Shown: positions 61,010 through 64,000 of the stretch, piece after piece
Position numbering within the stretch: position 1 is the stretch's first letter
How the letters are laid out: every line of letters starts with the position of its first letter
Assembly: GCA_000002435.2 (NCBI GenBank)
Contig: CM018792.1
DNA length: 64,000 nucleotides
Source: Giardia intestinalis
Lineage: Eukaryota
Strand: one strand, 5' to 3'
Position numbers and translations under genes: made by a program
The notes under the pieces: generated by a model
What the model was told of the DNA's origin: nothing
Database searches by the model: none
What the model saw: the letters and a program-made list of their open reading frames with translations, nothing else

Positions 61010-61726
61010 ATGAATAACGACGGTGCCTCTGCTCAGGACGCCCAGGAGCCCAGAGGCACGATGTTCTATGATTTCGACTCCTATTTTAACAAAGAGATGA
61101 TTCTGCTGACTGTGCTGGGCATTTCGGAGATCAAGGACCTTGGTTTTATTAATGCACACTACGACGCCAACACCGGCCACCTGTATACGGATAGTGTCTC
61201 CGAAGTCTTTATAAAAGAAATGGAGGCATCATTTGGCATGAAACACAGCTTTTACAGCGACTTTAGTCGGTTTAATTTCAAGACGCGAGACATGGCAACA
61301 GCAGAGGCCAACTTGGCCGAATTAGAGGAGGCTGGCAAACAATTTTCTCACTCAAGCTTGTGCGATCTCACATATTCACCGTCGTCCATCCATTGTCTTG
61401 AGCTTTCAGGAATTCTCCGCAGCCTCCAGCAATTTCTAGACATCTTCGAGTTCCCAAACAGTGGCAATAAATTTACAATTCTGGTCAAAGAGGGCCAGGT
61501 AGAGAAGGTCAAGAAGGCCATAGAAAATAATAGGATAAACTTTGGTAGAAACATACCAGTGGTGAGTGTCCTTCTGAACAAAGATAGAGCAAAATCAGCG
61601 TGGCGTTTTGTCAAGTTTCGTGTCTGCGTCAAGTACGGATACATCAAGAAGCTTGTGCCGCAGTTCAACAAGCTATCACCTGTCCCAATCCTGCTTATAA
61701 GTCCTCCAGGAGACACAGACGATTAG
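61010..61726 (+). CDS. Hypothetical protein, 238 aa; paralog B of the tandem pair
   Basis: See paralog A. Size and motif order are the same. Confidence 0.55.
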   Translation: MNNDGASAQDAQEPRGTMFYDFDSYFNKEMILLTVLGISEIKDLGFINAHYDANTGHLYTDSVSEVFIKEMEASFGMKHSFYSDFSRFNFKTRDMATAEANLAELEEAGKQFSHSSLCDLTYSPSSIHCLELSGILRSLQQFLDIFEFPNSGNKFTILVKEGQVEKVKKAIENNRINFGRNIPVVSVLLNKDRAKSAWRFVKFRVCVKYGYIKKLVPQFNKLSPVPILLISPPGDTDD

Positions 61727-61770
61727 ATCTTACTTAAAAGTAAACACTAAGCACTCCACGTCTTGGTGCT

Positions 61771-64000
61771 TTACTTCTGCACTGCTCCGATGCCCCCTCT
61801 GCCCAGGGGAACATGGGTCCTGATGAGCTTTGCAATAGATGGGTCAGATGTCCTTCTGATAGCCATCTCACCGAACTCCAGTGCTTCATAAGGGGCCAGA
61901 AGCTCGACCATTTGGTAATTATTGAGCGCAGCAGCCATGATGAGGGCACTGGCACCCTCACCATAGGTGGACTTTGCATTGGTAGTGATGTTGGCCTCTG
62001 GTTTGGCCAGCAATGCGGCAATGTCATAGTATCCTGATGAGACAGCTAACATGAGTGCTGTGGAGCCTTCGCGGCGCTGCATTCCTGCTTCATACTCTAG
62101 AAGCACCTCAACGCAAGGTGCATGATTGAAGTATGCCGCAGCCATCAAGGCAGTGCGGTGGAAAGAGGATTCAATACAACGTGCTTCGTATTTGGCCAAC
62201 AAACGGACAATGTCAGCGTATCCGTAGCACGCAGCCATCATCAAAGCGGTTGCATCTGTAAGCTTCCAGGTTCGGCAAATAAAAGTCCCTAGAGTCATCT
62301 TAGCCTCTAGTTTACGCAGAAGCTTAACTGCTATGGCATTTCTATTTGCAACTGCTAACATGAGGGCGGTCTTCCCGTGATTGTTCACCTGCTTCGCTTG
62401 GTAGAGCAGAGTCTTCAAAAGCCATGCCTTATTAATGCGCTCAATACTCGCTATGTCAGTTTGCTGAGTAAGACCCGAATCAGTTAGTGGGTCAAAAGGC
62501 CCCAGTTCTATAATTCTTCGCATTAAGTCTGTGTTACCCTCCCTATCGACAACGATCTTAGGGCTGAGGGACTCGGCAATTTTGATGTGTCCGTGCCGCT
62601 TTGCCAACAGGAACGCTGTGGTTCCATCGTCCTTTGTAAGATTAAGCTCATACGGCCGTAACATGGCGCAGATCTCTTCAAAGCCTTGCTCTGCTGCCAC
62701 CATAAGTGCACTGGTTCCATCGAGCATCACCATACCATGCTCCCTTTCAACAAACAAAGGCACAAAGCCCTTGTAGTTATTATAAGCACAGATCATAAGC
62801 GCAGTAGTTCCCTCGTTGTCTTGAATGCCTTGTTCGTGGGGGGCCAGAAGTTCGACCGCAGTGGTGTCTTCAATTAAAAGTGCCAACATCAGTGCTGTTT
62901 CCCCCTTTGAATTCCTAATTCGAGCCTCTAGTTCTACAAGCAACTTAATTGCATCGTGATTGTGAGCCAGAACAGCATGCATCAGAGCTGTCATCCCGTG
63001 AGAGTCTTGCTTACCTGCTTGGGACAGTAAGCAGTACACCAACCCTGGACGCCGCTGCTTTACCATCAGCATAAGTTGTGTTTTCTGGCTTGTGTCGGCC
63101 CCATGGGCACTACTCTTATGAGCACTATCTTTATCTGGCTGGAGCCCATCTTGAATGGTGACAAGGCCTTCTGCATTCCTTAGCAGCTCTACTATTTGTT
63201 TGTGGCCGGACAGGACAGCATAATCTAGGGCCATTAGTCCATTTTGGTCCATCAATCCACTTTCGTGTGGCACAAGAATCTGTGCAAGGGAGTAATTACC
63301 AAGGGTAGCCATCTGCATCAGCGCCGTTGTCCCAAATCCGGGTTCTGATAGCTTGCATTCTTCATTGCTAGCACTTTGAGCTAACGTTTCGAAGTCACTA
63401 CCAAATAAGCTTGCCTCAGTAGCGGAGATGCCGCACCGCAATATACACTTCTCGTGCGGCACGAGAAGGTGAACTGCCTCGATGTTATTGGCCTCACACG
63501 CAATCATAAGTGCCGTTCTATAGTGAGTATCGTGCAGCTTTGCTTCTCTGGAAATAAGCTCAACTAGTATCTTGTTTTTCCCCTGCTCTGCAGCAAGCAT
63601 AAGGGCGGTTTTTCCTTCATTATTCTTCATGCCGCCTTCTATTCCAATTAGTGTCCTAATCACGGCTATGAGCTTGTTTATCTGTTCAATGTACATGTGC
63701 GAAGGAAAGCAATGGCCTGCGCTGTCTGAGGATAAGTCCGAATCCATGGCCCCGTACAAGCTTTCTAAGATACCAGCCCGTGTTAGGGTCATTAGGGCCG
63801 TCTCCCCACCTTTGTCACGTAGTCCGGCTTCATATGGAATCAATGCTTCAGCAAGGCTTATCAATCCTTTCTTCACTGCAATCATTAACGCAGAGCAACC
63901 AATTTTATCCTGGTGCCCACTTTCTCGAGCTATAAGCAGCAGGCCTATGTCCTCTAGTCCTAGTGCTGCGGCATACATTAAGGCCGTCTGACCGCGATTA
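61771..64000 (-). CDS. Ankyrin-repeat protein (protein 21.1 type), 5'-partial because the frame stays open past the window end
   Basis: More than 15 tandem ANK repeats are present (GxTALMxAAxxGHxxxVxLL recurring, e.g. GKTALMLAAEQGKNKILVELI, GTTALMICAYNNYKGFVPLF). Upstream of Met63978 the frame continues (..GQTALMYAAALG) to nt 64000 with no stop. Confidence 0.8.
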   Translation of the reverse strand, partial: NRGQTALMYAAALGLEDIGLLLIARESGHQDKIGCSALMIAVKKGLISLAEALIPYEAGLRDKGGETALMTLTRAGILESLYGAMDSDLSSDSAGHCFPSHMYIEQINKLIAVIRTLIGIEGGMKNNEGKTALMLAAEQGKNKILVELISREAKLHDTHYRTALMIACEANNIEAVHLLVPHEKCILRCGISATEASLFGSDFETLAQSASNEECKLSEPGFGTTALMQMATLGNYSLAQILVPHESGLMDQNGLMALDYAVLSGHKQIVELLRNAEGLVTIQDGLQPDKDSAHKSSAHGADTSQKTQLMLMVKQRRPGLVYCLLSQAGKQDSHGMTALMHAVLAHNHDAIKLLVELEARIRNSKGETALMLALLIEDTTAVELLAPHEQGIQDNEGTTALMICAYNNYKGFVPLFVEREHGMVMLDGTSALMVAAEQGFEEICAMLRPYELNLTKDDGTTAFLLAKRHGHIKIAESLSPKIVVDREGNTDLMRRIIELGPFDPLTDSGLTQQTDIASIERINKAWLLKTLLYQAKQVNNHGKTALMLAVANRNAIAVKLLRKLEAKMTLGTFICRTWKLTDATALMMAACYGYADIVRLLAKYEARCIESSFHRTALMAAAYFNHAPCVEVLLEYEAGMQRREGSTALMLAVSSGYYDIAALLAKPEANITTNAKSTYGEGASALIMAAALNNYQMVELLAPYEALEFGEMAIRRTSDPSIAKLIRTHVPLGRGGIGAVQK

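Noticed and set aside
1-64000. Prokaryotic-type systems (operons, CRISPR, defence islands)
   Set aside because: The sequence is eukaryotic. Evidence is the VSP CRGKA tails, KDEL BiP, ankyrin/NEK families, and spliceosome, proteasome and XPG genes, with no Shine-Dalgarno spacing and no direct-repeat arrays.

Overview
This is a gene-dense, apparently intron-less eukaryotic segment that I assign to Giardia (G. intestinalis/lamblia-like). The assignment rests on five lines of evidence. First, two cysteine-rich CXXC-repeat surface-protein genes end in a C-terminal TM helix plus the invariant CRGKA tail of variant-specific surface proteins (VSPs). Second, there is an Hsp70 ending in KDEL (BiP). Third, there are ankyrin-repeat/coiled-coil 'protein 21.1'-type genes and a NEK-like pseudokinase. 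Fourth, intergenic spacers are very short (often 30-80 bp) with A-rich sequence immediately 5' of ATGs. Fifth, AGTRAAY polyadenylation motifs lie within ~10-25 nt of stop codons. About 30 protein-coding genes are called. The recognisable ones are two VSPs, a subtilisin/kexin-like convertase homolog, a Dpy-30-motif protein, BiP, farnesyl-diphosphate synthase, an SF3B2/Cus1-like protein, a Nas2-N (proteasome chaperone) domain protein, a site-2-protease (M50) homolog, a very large K+-channel-pore protein, a LisH protein, an XPG/Rad2 nuclease and ankyrin-repeat proteins. The remainder are lineage-specific hypotheticals. The most striking structure is a >4.7 kb palindrome at the left edge. Two tail-to-tail copies of the 3' part of a VSP gene (CDS 3' end, polyA signal and 3' flank) are identical over at least 1498 bp per arm. 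They are separated by a GC-rich, T-poor 1.7 kb core that still shows eroded mirror symmetry. The palindrome is followed by a 5.7 kb tract with no ORF longer than 126 aa, which is anomalous for this compact genome. Other points of interest are a possibly catalytically dead subtilase, a frameshifted NEK-kinase/ankyrin pseudogene, a tandem pair of divergent paralogs, and abrupt intragenic composition shifts. All calls are made by eye from the sequence and the ORF track, and no database searches were run.
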